64,000 nt of DNA, from positions 1-64,000 of IMG/VR virus record IMGVR_UViG_3300031957_002677; one strand, given 5' to 3'. Both the position numbers and the translations under genes were made by a program. Positions within the stretch are counted from its first letter, which is position 1; the number at the start of each line of letters is the position of its first letter. The DNA is from a virus. Below are positions 14,201-21,117 of the stretch, piece after piece. The notes under the pieces are model-generated. The model made no database searches and was not told the origin of the DNA. It saw only the letters and a list, made by a program, of their open reading frames with translations.

Positions 14201-14679
14201 TCATAATGTTCAATTTTATTCGTAGACTCAAATATAATTTCGTCACCAAGTTCGGTTACACCACCAAATCCGCGTATAACACCTCTAAATTGAGTATTTG
14301 TTTTTGATGTATATGTTACAATTTCACCACCTTCATATTCTTCACCATTAAACTCCGCACCAATTCTTAACAATCCATATGCATATGGAAATCCTTCTGT
14401 ACTATCTACAGTAATTGTAGTATCTTCATAATCTAATACATCAATTCCTAGATTATTTGGATCATTAATTCTCAATCTTGTTGCTTTGGGGGACAGTAAA
14501 ATACTATCTAAATCGACATATTTGTCGATATTAGACATTAAGTCATATGCTGCTCCTGGAATTTCATTAGACTCTTGATATTGCCTTAGAAAATCCTTAA
14601 ATATCGGAAATTCATCATTTATAAAATCTGGAATCTGACTTTCCAGAACCTGAGATAGACGAATTCTTCTTATATCCAT
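2290..14679 (-). CDS. gp7: Baseplate wedge initiator gp7-like giant structural protein (4129 aa) with an internal YHYH-like domain
   Basis: Directly follows gp6; N-terminal ESQIPDFI...FYRSKGT..SFKILFKALY; DSDYYQYFSYSLKS...HPAGFK segment; HSPILGWAYDGNPIYGPYG...DLDTFNGRFCVTPEYPNGVYAYF domain at about 10430-10770. Confidence 0.8.
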   Translation of the reverse strand: MDIRRIRLSQVLESQIPDFINDEFPIFKDFLRQYQESNEIPGAAYDLMSNIDKYVDLDSILLSPKATRLRINDPNNLGIDVLDYEDTTITVDSTEGFPYAYGLLRIGAEFNGEEYEGGEIVTYTSKTNTQFRGVIRGFGGVTELGDEIIFESTNKIEHYDGELVENLSSLLFNEFFSKLKTLIAPGFEDRILNSDVNERLFYKQVGDFYRSKGTSQSFKILFKALYNKPVDVISPSGYVFEPSASSNRKTRDLVLYSTDQTVDYSDVLLHRTLKQPEFDAIDEPDNITAYGTITNIERIERNGVRYYIVSLDSDYDKDISVDGTVFGKFVTTSTTKVVEDYLEDNGEWPEFINVDSTISFEESGSVDVYNVVNNEFVVKTLFYDDITVNEFYGVYDSDFDIKRGTLLSSRRYAYVELSDDNTLYFRVTQVLSGIEPDESSYFSEGDPIKFNTLGLREDSAKYNDWIYNSTPSYNISSIELLSSINKTYRIKLEFNFDLVILDKFFLIDNSNNSYNISISSRNNIDEYIITSDSLVDLTAPKTFTIERKLNKSKFRFFPEANDYVTDVQNVYRPDSFEDDMFIASSSLPNYGNIELSTNDRRITFTVNIANDLTNNKEIKVGQDATSTISERNHSFYTGDSIIYSEDDDDNKLKTFDGEGNIIDLPNGRYYVTVVNSKIIKLSTSLNRVYTQEYLSIVGNVTDTTFYYSDFFDIEKVLNIRDPFILKSKRLVKRILPPINESESVETVPGKIGIFKNGVELLNYKSKNNIFYGGIEKIEILSGGEDYDIINPPSLEIFDGENADGLNIGGIGATGNFIVQGSVKELKILSGGYNYVNDPTVKVSGGNGTACDVSPVMESYTHGVTIDSSSGFSVGISTDTIITLEDHLFVPGEKVIYNCELNNQEIGGLKNKSIYYVGIVDNTAFTLHNSESDAKNNVKSIDLTGFGEGFHKFDSVKKKKRIGSLNVIYSTDDFTYRKVSYDPSLVSTPIDFYTNNINIPNHGFNSGELVIYESTTTPISGLSSGTTYYVSKVDDNNFKLSSIGIGTLSKDYYYNQGTYADLSAPGVGRQYFRYPNIEIDITPSGNDLASIQPQVLPIVRGEIKDVFLEGHGVGYGCTNIFNYERQPNITAEPGKLASVRPFIIDGEIKSIIIQNSGQKYVSTPTIQIFTDGDGFGADLIPIISDDGRLEDVIVKNGGADYNESVEIEVVSAGRGASFKAKIVVWNVNEVERSLNSNQIYDDDGFLYQDSTISTKSADRYGFLQYGHYYAPRKLRQNVYNKRVINGRTTFNPDLILDNLNREKDSTLHSPILGWAYDGNPIYGPYGYTNPNGTGGVKRMQSGYKKRTLANRPSVTIYPLGFFCNDYEWFSNGDLDTFNGRFCVTPEYPNGVYAYFTTIGNNDSSFKNFKLPEYPYVIGGRYKSKPIEFNFNSSITQSSFFNDNNGEYGETYSKYGLLRNITPHNISSEFGRYNYIFNPTSVIDIKSRVKSASSGTVDELLLFSGGKDYKVDDRIIFSESGLNTKRPIAKVVSVGGTDVTQVSVATSSIVNAEIVLNAKTNGLVAICSSPHNNYTGPGRISNLSDGTDTGAELIVVNRDLKLSGFGTGIIIESPSTTGLVTYFDVFGLESTQNIIPIRPNDVYDIKYQSFEEKVKVLNVDINNSRLRVQRQVNGTIGTSYPVGTALSEDSRNFIVNDTNIIPGSLYNTQYYFDPRETVGLGAGSTLSIPNPGAGSTQIFVEGGKIYLPNNTLSINDKIYYDYDSGPITVESFGDNFNLIKDRPYYAYPFKNGYVGVSSRPVGVGSTGPVGLGSVTELLTFTGHGAGDNHSFFTRYDNVQRVDVTTYEATVTTSENHNLLFDDEIVVNCLPNIEKSLPVFYNQENKKFAVGKFDIVHADINPKFNTITINNHGLQNEQTVIFESDVPPGGLVSNGVYKVSIVSKNKIKLLLPNNGGIVDIANQSTGRLILVNPPIELVKNKTLTFDVSDFSLSYVRNNIRYSAFKLKFFRDRELKHQFLSSGKDGDLSVIETGKLGIDINATVKLKYDNEFPEKLYYNLEPIKNPQVPVSFSLSSLDLDNKNAINFIDSRISGSFNVKKPTDTTFSYRLFDEPDSSSYVTGLATITYSTISTTASGPINEVSFISKGSNLVKLPLIEKVESESGVDSIIFPRTNTIGISKNIEIDDIGFEFPSDTTLRPRAYTPTVYKIDPLTSIGNIDVIEKGTRYTILPDLVLIDGYTNKIVTDVDLRYVDEDGFKVKVIKNTKNLYDVEPRLLPINNSNGYKVLTMSYDSGTKDVEVVLDVVGFSTITAWPFPVGSQFMVEGVVTKVPSTDEGYNSSDYDYKKLFTVKTADPNIGGQLPSFTFNMGDFVQTTAGPGVFNDLITSGRVIPESLFPIFKINRIANKYFENEIVTNGTAEDLVVSWDVKNELLKVFTSFPERYGVGDIMRGKTSQSSGTLTEVVGITSLTYKLDSSNADRYKPYDRKGFLNEDTQRLHDSDYYQYFSYSLKSEVGISSWKEPVESLAHPAGFKKFSELQVISDDDDQLGINSTGLPKDQNNSGFLGISDFDSYYDLNCVSDIDLVTENNVLNKLSDEIRFNSLILVDYFESIGNRVLIVDDVSDQFNSNPRPTAFVTVDTFSLRKFRSKKYVMFTSNKKFPGERQMIIVNVIHNNTYGFLSQYGRVETNIVHGYFDVGVFEDNGLLLFYPIESKFTDYNISGYQYAISDSISGVSTHYIGNSDSIGFAGIQTAALPQGTSTSTKIVGIDSSYTSAKILVTLESSDLQYYQYDEFNIVHDGTDIHNIEFSTLATDNFANQDVSLGIGTYQFEYNGNEIEVKLTPNSGLSTNYDVSSTVVAISDTSRTSIGSSTFNTTQTIVGFGSTTSISPFAGINTSIQLIEFDKSYKGFNVYASIEDVTNNIVQMSELVFTHNETDAYITEFGRVSNSELFEDVGLGTFTSYVTSGKARLEFVPYPADPGFTREIEVRLFIHQLQLVDLGISNNFYNYDNGRFSTLYGTYTGTENDIKRSFELKHQGDLIFERTFDSTSLGTTVSTDENVLILPNHFFVTGELVKYTIPNEDDVRVGISTTTIAGVGSTDKLPTDLYVVKVNDSKIKFADTAENSLKFNPETLTLTSIGIGTQHKITGTNKDAKGIFTIDNMMQSPIVSLAITTSVSDDIALSDTLINTAGITSIFANDIIEIDDEVMLIETVGVGTQDKIRVRRPWLGTELGIHTAGSIVTKLKGDYKITGSTINFTSPPYGKVPVTVDVNQFGVPFVDPSERDYTGITTNSYFHGRTFMRSGIIDEVEETYTKNYIFDDISTKFTGIRTSFDMTVNDQDVVGLSTDNAIVLVKDIFQQPTRSGVSSISGNYEFIEVGGKTKVLFDGSTSADDFTAADGQDINVPNLPVGGVIVNIGSTTGLGYQPLVAAGATATISGFGSITAVSIANSGSGYRPGIQTHINVIAQTSSDVSIIGYATALNGHITGVAITNAGTAYTSTNPPLIRFDSPLSYTNIPLLYSSDSPNEGIGRTASIDMFVSRDTSVGQFKFNNNGYAYGQGEILTVAIGGTTGIPTDTSKTFDEFQITVIETHSDEFNSWSLGQLQQLDSLDNQFDGIRRVFPISFQGDRLSIRARTGSNIDVSATLLIFINDVLQIPNQAYTFKGGSLIIFAEPIPEEYTSRIIFYRGTRDIDVEEVDIVEPIEIGDKVRIMDDPPARTEEKRTVEDILSSDILLTNPYSGIGRLNDETIERPIMACKQTEDLFINGEYVGKNRRLYEPYIFPTTNLIQSVGVDTNVAWVEATSTFFDNNKENLAGKKLGQIQIISQDETQTGFGTVIVSGLGSITSVTVSNPGVGYTFTPLIAIGPPSPGGTQATAECTISNGFISAITVTNNGFGYTGTAAPYVNIEPPRVYSEPIRLVEYDGDYGNIVSVANTTVGVGSTALELSLHIPRDSFIRNIGINPGGITTEGITGLVTSYYFTASRTNVGNGITAFYNDGSTLSISTDKFNNIFQVYDIDRTTESIPGIGVTDIVKITTLVDGPIDLAENLGTFDNDQETFDSTLLTFDSTGEDNGYFGNFSWGRINWHPTKSRNEPLDFSSYHINGVAGISTSPFVRRTFPLRTKLYTQY

Positions 14680-14690
14680 TTTATGTTTAA

Positions 14691-16634
14691 TTAGAATCTT
14701 GGTCGGATGACGTTGTTATCGTAATTTGATGGTGTAGTAATAAATCTACTTCCAGTGGGATCAGCACCAGATAAAATATTATCTTCGATAACATTTATGT
14801 TAGATTCGCCAGTATCAAATTGTAGGAAGAGATCTTGAAGTCCAATGATATCATTTGATCTTGGAACTGCAGATATCTGTACTGCTTGATTGTTTTCAAT
14901 TTCAGTAGATGTTATATTTATCGCACTAATATTAATTTCACCTTTATCATAATCTACGGTTCCAATTTTTCTTCTTACAATCTCTGCAGAAGATCTTACT
15001 TGATCTTGAGTTCCATATTCTGTATTAATTGATTCTGGAATAGTAATTAGAACCAACTCACCCATTCCACCAGGTCCTGGAATATCGGAAAGATAAACAG
15101 TTTTACTAATACCACTTACCTTAAAACCACTTGACTTAATATTATATCCCTCTGATCTTAAGATTTTAAATGAATTTCCAAAACAAACCTCATATTCTGC
15201 CAATCTATTTACAATTGATCTCATATCCCTACGAATCCTTACTTCTGTAATATTTGAAGTAATTGCTTTATTGGAACTATCAATTAAGGTAGTAAATTTA
15301 GTATATCTAAATCTAGAACCGTACATATTCATTTCTTCACTATTAGCAAATGATGTTAATGAATTAATTATATTTTGAGATACTGAATTTGAATCCCTTG
15401 CTAATGATGGATTATAATATGCAGAAACGTCTGCTTCAACATATAAGAATTTTGTATCTAAAATTTCAGGAACAATACCTGCAACAGAATATTGTCTAAG
15501 TTCCTTCTTGATACTATCTTTCAAAGTGTTTGATAGAAATAGTCCAGTTTTTGGTTTAATCGTAATGTAAACTTTTCCAAATCTGGGTGGATTAAGTTCT
15601 TCTCCACCAAAAGCATTGATAGAATCAGTCTCAGGATAAACACTCCTTACAATAGTTTCATAATCTCTTGCAGTTACTGCTCTTCCTTGAGATGAATAGA
15701 ACCTAGTCGCATAATTTTTAATAGATTGTGCAGACTCAATACTGGAACCACCTTTAGCAGATTGTATTAAAACCGCATCAGAAATATTTCTAGAAATTAA
15801 GCTACCATTATTATCATAGAAGTTTCCATTTATCTTGAATGTGGATGCCCCATTACCTGATTCACCATTGGATATGATATATGAAACATTAATAAAATTA
15901 TTATTTACCAATTCATTACCAAATACACCATCTCCGAAAATTAATTCGTATTTTTCATCTTCAATTTCTTGTATAAAAAATACTTTTGATGTTCCATCAA
16001 TTTCAGTTATTGATGTTGCCATCTTATAGACAATACTTTCATTTGAAGTAAAGTTGTCTCTTACACTGACTCTGATTGTACTATAATCAATACCGATATT
16101 TGATAAAATAAATCTTTGATTTGGTATTGAAGAATCTACTGTAAAATCTTCGTTAAGAAGATTTCCTTCATAGATTGTTACATCATCAAAAGTTGCCCTA
16201 TTCTGAAAAATTGCTGATGTAATATCATCTGGTATACAAAAGGTACGTCCCTCAGTAGTACGATTATTGGAATTAATCGCAACGTTCCCTTTTTTTAATG
16301 TGATTGAACGAGGTTTTGTTGGGAAATCACTAGAATCAATGAAAAAACTAATTCTTGCCTGTGCAGAAGTTCTTGGTCTTGGTAAATAACCAACATTTCG
16401 TGCCAAAGAGACTACATTTTCTCTTAAAGTTGCACTATCAATGAAGACCTCATTACTGAGCATATTTGCATTATATGCTGCAATATATGTGTTATAGGCA
16501 AGTAAATCAATAATAACAGATAGTGTTGATCCTTCAAAATCATAATCAGTAAACGTACTTTTAGAACGTAAATATGATTTGAGTGTATCCTTAATCTGCT
16601 CAAAGTCTAGATTTGTAAAATTTGTAATTGCCAT
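14691..16634 (-). CDS. gp6: Baseplate wedge subunit gp6
   Basis: LDFEQIK..LKSYLR...DYDFEGS.LS..IDLLAYNT...SATLRENVVSLAR..GY.P; RAVTARDYE; FGKVYI motifs. Confidence 0.92.
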   Translation of the reverse strand: MAITNFTNLDFEQIKDTLKSYLRSKSTFTDYDFEGSTLSVIIDLLAYNTYIAAYNANMLSNEVFIDSATLRENVVSLARNVGYLPRPRTSAQARISFFIDSSDFPTKPRSITLKKGNVAINSNNRTTEGRTFCIPDDITSAIFQNRATFDDVTIYEGNLLNEDFTVDSSIPNQRFILSNIGIDYSTIRVSVRDNFTSNESIVYKMATSITEIDGTSKVFFIQEIEDEKYELIFGDGVFGNELVNNNFINVSYIISNGESGNGASTFKINGNFYDNNGSLISRNISDAVLIQSAKGGSSIESAQSIKNYATRFYSSQGRAVTARDYETIVRSVYPETDSINAFGGEELNPPRFGKVYITIKPKTGLFLSNTLKDSIKKELRQYSVAGIVPEILDTKFLYVEADVSAYYNPSLARDSNSVSQNIINSLTSFANSEEMNMYGSRFRYTKFTTLIDSSNKAITSNITEVRIRRDMRSIVNRLAEYEVCFGNSFKILRSEGYNIKSSGFKVSGISKTVYLSDIPGPGGMGELVLITIPESINTEYGTQDQVRSSAEIVRRKIGTVDYDKGEINISAINITSTEIENNQAVQISAVPRSNDIIGLQDLFLQFDTGESNINVIEDNILSGADPTGSRFITTPSNYDNNVIRPRF

Positions 16635-17036
16635 TTATCTTGTTGGTTGTAGTACGAAATTAAGTTCTTGTGGAGAAATATCAAGACCAATAATTGTATA
16701 CCTAATAGTTACTTCATATTCATTACCATCATAATTTGGTATACATTTAATATCGTTAAGTTCAACTCTTGGTTCATTCAACCTGATTGTGGTCGAAATT
16801 TCGTCTTTAATTTGATCAGCAAGAATTGGTGACATGTTATCAAAAAGTAACCTAGAGACTCTAGACCCAATTTCTGGTTGAAAGAATCTTTCACCAGTAA
16901 ATGTCATTACTAAATTGCGAATAGATCTTGCAATAGCAACTTCATTCTTTAACGAAATTAGATCGTTTGTCAGAGGATTTTTACTAAATGTTGAACTTAG
17001 ATCTCTAAATCCTCTACTTACCCTTTCTAACGGCAT
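16635..17036 (-). CDS. gp25: Baseplate wedge subunit gp25
   Basis: AIARSIRNLVMT..GERFFQPEIGS...EPRVEL motif; start moved to MPLERVS (17036), downstream of CTAAATA at 17066-17072. Confidence 0.9.
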   Translation of the reverse strand: MPLERVSRGFRDLSSTFSKNPLTNDLISLKNEVAIARSIRNLVMTFTGERFFQPEIGSRVSRLLFDNMSPILADQIKDEISTTIRLNEPRVELNDIKCIPNYDGNEYEVTIRYTIIGLDISPQELNFVLQPTR

Positions 17037-17064
17037 CAGTACACGCAAACTAGGTATTATCAAC

Positions 17065-17739
17065 CTATTTAGCATCTATATCAGGTAAATTTTCTCTTTC
17101 TTTTGCTGTCTTCCAAAAATATTCATCCTCACGACCCATCCCAAGACGGTCAAAACCGTTTTCAACCTGATAAAATTGTGTTGAAACCTTAAAATCGGGC
17201 ATTTTGGGTTCAACAGGAGTCAAACTATTGTCAAAAATACGCATTCTATTGTTTGGATACAGTGCATACTGCCCATTTTTAAGTTCGATAAGGTTATGTG
17301 ACTTGTGTTCAGCAGGATTTTCACTCGTTGCATAGTCAATAACGTCAGGATCTTGGTGATAGTTGTCTAAAGTGCAAACATAAGTCCCTTTTTGAGTGCC
17401 AAAGTCTCTTGTATACAGTTCATAGTCCATAGAAGCAATAAATTGCTTCTGAACTGCTACTACTCCATAGTCCATACAGTTCCAAAATTGAAGATTTGGA
17501 AGATTCATGTCAGGATCTGGAGTTTTTGGTTCCGATAAAAAGGCACTGATCGGCAATTTATCGTACATTGCCGCATATTCTGGTAAATATGTCTCAAAAT
17601 AAAAAGAACGTCCAGGAATCGACTTTGCCGATACCCAAACGCCCTTAACAAATTCACCATGACCAAATTGATGATCTGTGAGATATTCTTTTCTAACCCA
17701 CACTTCCGTTGATGGAAGATTACATATAAGTGCTGCCAT
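17065..17739 (-). CDS. Conserved cyanomyovirus hypothetical protein
   Basis: 224-aa ORF packed into the baseplate operon; TTAAATA upstream at 17761-17767. Confidence 0.75.
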   Translation of the reverse strand: MAALICNLPSTEVWVRKEYLTDHQFGHGEFVKGVWVSAKSIPGRSFYFETYLPEYAAMYDKLPISAFLSEPKTPDPDMNLPNLQFWNCMDYGVVAVQKQFIASMDYELYTRDFGTQKGTYVCTLDNYHQDPDVIDYATSENPAEHKSHNLIELKNGQYALYPNNRMRIFDNSLTPVEPKMPDFKVSTQFYQVENGFDRLGMGREDEYFWKTAKERENLPDIDAK

Positions 17740-17763
17740 TAAAAACAGTTAAGACTGCTCTAT

Positions 17764-17916
17764 TTAACCTCGTCCTTGACCACGATAACGTTTTTGCTTA
17801 CTATTACGAGAAGATGCTGAAAGTTTGGTGTTCACCGAAGAACCCTGACGAGTTTTCTTTGGTTTACCTGAGATAAAATTCGCACCTGAAAGACCAACTT
17901 TTGAACGTACTGCCAT
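17764..17916 (-). CDS. Small basic hypothetical protein (50 aa)
   Basis: Read by hand: MAVRSKVGLSGANFISGKPKKTRQG...KRYRGQGRG; GGAG RBS upstream. Confidence 0.7.
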   Translation of the reverse strand: MAVRSKVGLSGANFISGKPKKTRQGSSVNTKLSASSRNSKQKRYRGQGRG

Positions 17917-17942
17917 TTGACTCCGTTGATTAGACCTCTATA

Positions 17943-19133
17943 TTATACAGTATTTTCTTGAGTATGTAAAGGGTCTAATGGGTAATCAAAGACATCTTCT
18001 AGGACCTTCTGGATGGGTCTCTGAAGCATTCCGCAATGAACATCCTTGAAGTCATGATATCCAAAACATCCGATCTTAAGCATTTCATCTTCTTCATTTA
18101 AATTCTTTGCTGCATAATATGTCTCAAGTAAAGAATCCATACGATTTGAGAAACATTGTGAATTAAAATAAACAGAAGCACGTGCTTGAGTTAATTTCCA
18201 GAAAGGAGTATCATAGATTGATCCATAAGAGTAATACCAAGATAATGATTTACTATATGATGTCAAATTCCTAAGATAATAGTTATTTGTTTCCTGATAA
18301 GATTGAATATCACGATTACCTTTAAGAAATTCTGCAATTGATGATGCAAAGTCATGATAATACATTAATGATAATGCTTCTAATGGTTCAAGAAAGAATA
18401 AACGATTACCATTATATGCTTCAAATCGATTTTGTAAGAGTTTCTTAGAGAATCTAGGAGTCCATGAAATTTTCTTTCCTTCTATCTCAGGATCCGAGAA
18501 GTTGCGGTTGTAGAGGTATCCGTGCTTCGTAATACCTCGATCGGGAAACGGAAGTCCAAATTCCCATCCATCCCGAGTAGCGCGGTGAAGAGTATAAGTT
18601 ACGTCGTCAATGGTATCAGAAGTATATAAGATTGCCGCATTAACAGTCTCAAAGATCGGTTTATAATATTCGGATGCATCATCCCACCCTGCACAGTTGA
18701 CTACAAAGTCATACTCTTTATCATTAATGATAACTTGTTCATCCTCAAAGTCATATCCATCGACTCTCTCAGGATGATAAACAATTCCATGTTCCTTCTC
18801 TAAGTGATTGTGAATGAATGGATTTAATATCCCACTCTCAAAATGAAAAGCAACCTCACCACCATGGAAGTGATGTCGGAATGATCCGCCAGTACCCCAG
18901 TCAATATACTTAATACCATTCTTATATGAAATGATACCTGCATCGGCAAGATCTCCGATACTAATGTCCAGTGTTTCTAAAATAAGTGACTGGATATGTG
19001 GTGTTGTTGATTCTCCAACACTTAAAGGTTTTATATCTGGATCATAAAAAAACTCTACGTCATGATCATCTTGCATCAGACGTAGAGCAGTAATAATCGC
19101 AGAAGTACCTTTGCCTATAATTGCAATTTTCAT
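17943..19133 (-). CDS. Flavin-dependent (tryptophan) halogenase-like protein
   Basis: IAIIGKGTSA FAD loop, VGESTTP, YKNGIKYIDW (conserved Lys), FVVNCAG, GWEFGLPF (WxWxIP variant), GN..FFLEPLEA. Confidence 0.8.
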   Translation of the reverse strand: MKIAIIGKGTSAIITALRLMQDDHDVEFFYDPDIKPLSVGESTTPHIQSLILETLDISIGDLADAGIISYKNGIKYIDWGTGGSFRHHFHGGEVAFHFESGILNPFIHNHLEKEHGIVYHPERVDGYDFEDEQVIINDKEYDFVVNCAGWDDASEYYKPIFETVNAAILYTSDTIDDVTYTLHRATRDGWEFGLPFPDRGITKHGYLYNRNFSDPEIEGKKISWTPRFSKKLLQNRFEAYNGNRLFFLEPLEALSLMYYHDFASSIAEFLKGNRDIQSYQETNNYYLRNLTSYSKSLSWYYSYGSIYDTPFWKLTQARASVYFNSQCFSNRMDSLLETYYAAKNLNEEDEMLKIGCFGYHDFKDVHCGMLQRPIQKVLEDVFDYPLDPLHTQENTV

Positions 19134-19285
19134 TCTACACGTTGTATAATTTCTAATTGATCTAAATCAATATCATTCTTTTCTTCATATCTTTCTATTG
19201 CTAACTCATGAAGAATATCTGCTGCTTCCTCATGAGTGACATTAGAATACATCTTATTACCTTGATAAAAGATGTCGATGTTCAT
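19130..19285 (-). CDS. Small hypothetical protein (51 aa)
   Basis: Read by hand: MNIDIFYQGNKMYSNVTHEEAADILHELA...; overlaps both neighbours at start/stop codons. Confidence 0.65.
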   Translation of the reverse strand: MNIDIFYQGNKMYSNVTHEEAADILHELAIERYEEKNDIDLDQLEIIQRVE

Positions 19286-20058
19286 CAGATTACTCGGGTC
19301 TTTTCATGACCAACACGAATGCGAGGATCACACCAGATCTCGTATCCTGCTTCCTTTGCATCGAGACAGAATGATACGTCCTCTCCACACATGTCTTGTA
19401 CTGCACCAGACTCAAAGACTTGCATCTTAGGAGCAAACCATGGATACTCAAGACCCTCAAAGACTCCGTGCTTAATCAGTACCCATCCAAAACCAGTGTA
19501 GTCAACAGTAAATGGTTTCTTACGATTAGGTAGTGTCTCAATGGTTTCATGATTCATCACTCCACCATTAGAACGGAAATCATCTTCTTCTAACCAATGT
19601 GCAACAGAAGAGGTCTTTCCATCTTCAGTCAGATACCAACCAGCAACAACTTCTTTCTCAGTACCATCAGCAGCAATAGCACCATCACAGAGTTGCCAGA
19701 ACTTATCAGTGTTGAATACAATATCACTATCAATCCATAGTTGATAATCATACTCTAGTTTACCGTCCCAGGGTTTCTGAGAGGGACCTCGGAGTACATT
19801 TGCACCAAGTACCTTACAACGTGCAAAGTTAACCATTGATGAGTAATCTTGACTGATCTGAATACTCATTCCATTCTGTACTAGATCAAAGCACAGTTGT
19901 ACAAAGTTCTTGAGAAACGTAAATGAGCAACCACGTCCAGGTAAACAGAAGACAATCTTCTTACCCTTCATCCGTTCTTTGATTGCATCAATGTCAAACT
20001 CAGCAGTAGCACTCTTTTTCTTTGGTGCATTTGCCTTAACAGTAAATCCTTTTGCCAT
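19285..20058 (-). CDS. GT-A fold (family 2-like) glycosyltransferase
   Basis: LWIDSDIVF (DxD), TGFGWVLIK, GEDVSFC, RVGHEK motifs. Confidence 0.75.
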   Translation of the reverse strand: MAKGFTVKANAPKKKSATAEFDIDAIKERMKGKKIVFCLPGRGCSFTFLKNFVQLCFDLVQNGMSIQISQDYSSMVNFARCKVLGANVLRGPSQKPWDGKLEYDYQLWIDSDIVFNTDKFWQLCDGAIAADGTEKEVVAGWYLTEDGKTSSVAHWLEEDDFRSNGGVMNHETIETLPNRKKPFTVDYTGFGWVLIKHGVFEGLEYPWFAPKMQVFESGAVQDMCGEDVSFCLDAKEAGYEIWCDPRIRVGHEKTRVI

Positions 20059-20081
20059 AGTTTTAGTTAACCTTCAGATCA

Positions 20082-20110
20082 ATTCTATCAGTTTATGTGT
20101 TGTTTGTCAA
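20082..20110 (-). promoter_or_regulatory. sigma70-type promoter for the glycosyltransferase/halogenase genes
   Basis: TTGACA-17 bp-TAGAAT. Confidence 0.7.
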
Positions 20111-20298
20111 TATGATGCTTCGAGCATTTGTTGACGATTTAGTGTCACGACCTCGTATGATAAGTCGTCTACAGTATAGTTAGTCTCTAAAAGACCAACC
20201 ATAGCATTTACAGTATTCCACGTCGTTCTAAAATCATCTTCCCGAATATTTGGAAAGAGACATTTATGCCCTGCGTAGATATGATATAGTGTTTCCAT
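20107..20298 (-). CDS. Hypothetical protein
   Basis: 63-aa ORF, co-oriented with neighbours. Confidence 0.6.
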   Translation of the reverse strand: METLYHIYAGHKCLFPNIREDDFRTTWNTVNAMVGLLETNYTVDDLSYEVVTLNRQQMLEASY

Positions 20299-20497
20299 AT
20301 CGGACCAATTTTTTTCTGCGAAATTTTTTGACGGATTCTGAAACCCATCGACGAATTATATATGCGACCTTACAGGGACGGTTTATACTCTCGGAATTTT
20401 TTTTCTAATCGTTATATCGAACTCTCATTGTCACCTCTGTAGGTTGCGGGTCTCTATGCTTTTTTATATACAACCCCCATAATAACAACAACTGCTG

Positions 20498-20526
20498 TTG
20501 ACGAACGAATAAGACTGTGCTATACT
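20498..20526 (+). promoter_or_regulatory. Plus-strand sigma70 promoter, antisense to all genes
   Basis: TTGACG-17 bp-TATACT with extended -10 TGn. Confidence 0.6.
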
Positions 20527-20528
20527 TA

Positions 20529-20552
20529 GGAAGGCAGAATGAACTGCCCTCC
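20529..20552. terminator. Hairpin, possible terminator of the early transcript
   Basis: GGAAGGCAG-aatgaa-CTGCCCTCC stem-loop just downstream of the last small early ORF; no long U-tract. Confidence 0.4.
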
Positions 20553-20578
20553 GTGTTACTTAGTGTAAGTCTTAAGTA

Positions 20579-20671
20579 TCAATACAGTGCTTCAATTGCC
20601 TCAAGAATAAGAAGAATATCATTACCATTCTGTGCGGTTTCGAGTGCAGAGAAGAGATCAGACTTAGACAT
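20579..20671 (-). CDS. Small hypothetical protein (30 aa)
   Basis: Read by hand: MSKSDLFSALETAQNGNDILLILEAIEALY. Confidence 0.55.
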   Translation of the reverse strand: MSKSDLFSALETAQNGNDILLILEAIEALY

Positions 20672-20734
20672 GGAAAGTGTTAGATAGTGTGTGTGATTGG
20701 TGGGTTTAAAGTCATCACCAGGACTGTTGTAATC

Positions 20735-21082
20735 TTATGCGAAGATGTAACCGTTGGAGAAATCTTCGGTGCTGAATACTTTCTCAGCACCCATCTGTCC
20801 TGTGAACTTTCTTACAAACCACTGATAGTTCTTCTGGAATACACCCTCACCAGCAATGCAGAAAGCATCACATAAGGCATTCAATCTGCTCTTAGTTGTA
20901 ACAGACTGCCAACCACCGTCGAAGATAGTCATCGAATCTTCGTCGATTTCTGCAATCTTGTTACCGTGAAGACGTACAATAGAGACACCAGATTCTGCGT
21001 CAAAATGTACCGAAGTGTTCGCAGACTGCCAGTTCTGATTGTTCTGAACTGCTGCGATCATTTGGGTTTCGATCTTACGCAT
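20735..21082 (-). CDS. Early hypothetical protein
   Basis: 115 aa; lies behind promoter element 21118-21172; GWQSVTTKSRLNAL motif seen in phage early proteins. Confidence 0.8.
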   Translation of the reverse strand: MRKIETQMIAAVQNNQNWQSANTSVHFDAESGVSIVRLHGNKIAEIDEDSMTIFDGGWQSVTTKSRLNALCDAFCIAGEGVFQKNYQWFVRKFTGQMGAEKVFSTEDFSNGYIFA

Positions 21083-21117
21083 TAGAGTCGGTTGAGGTGT
21101 GTTCCTTTGACTCTCTT

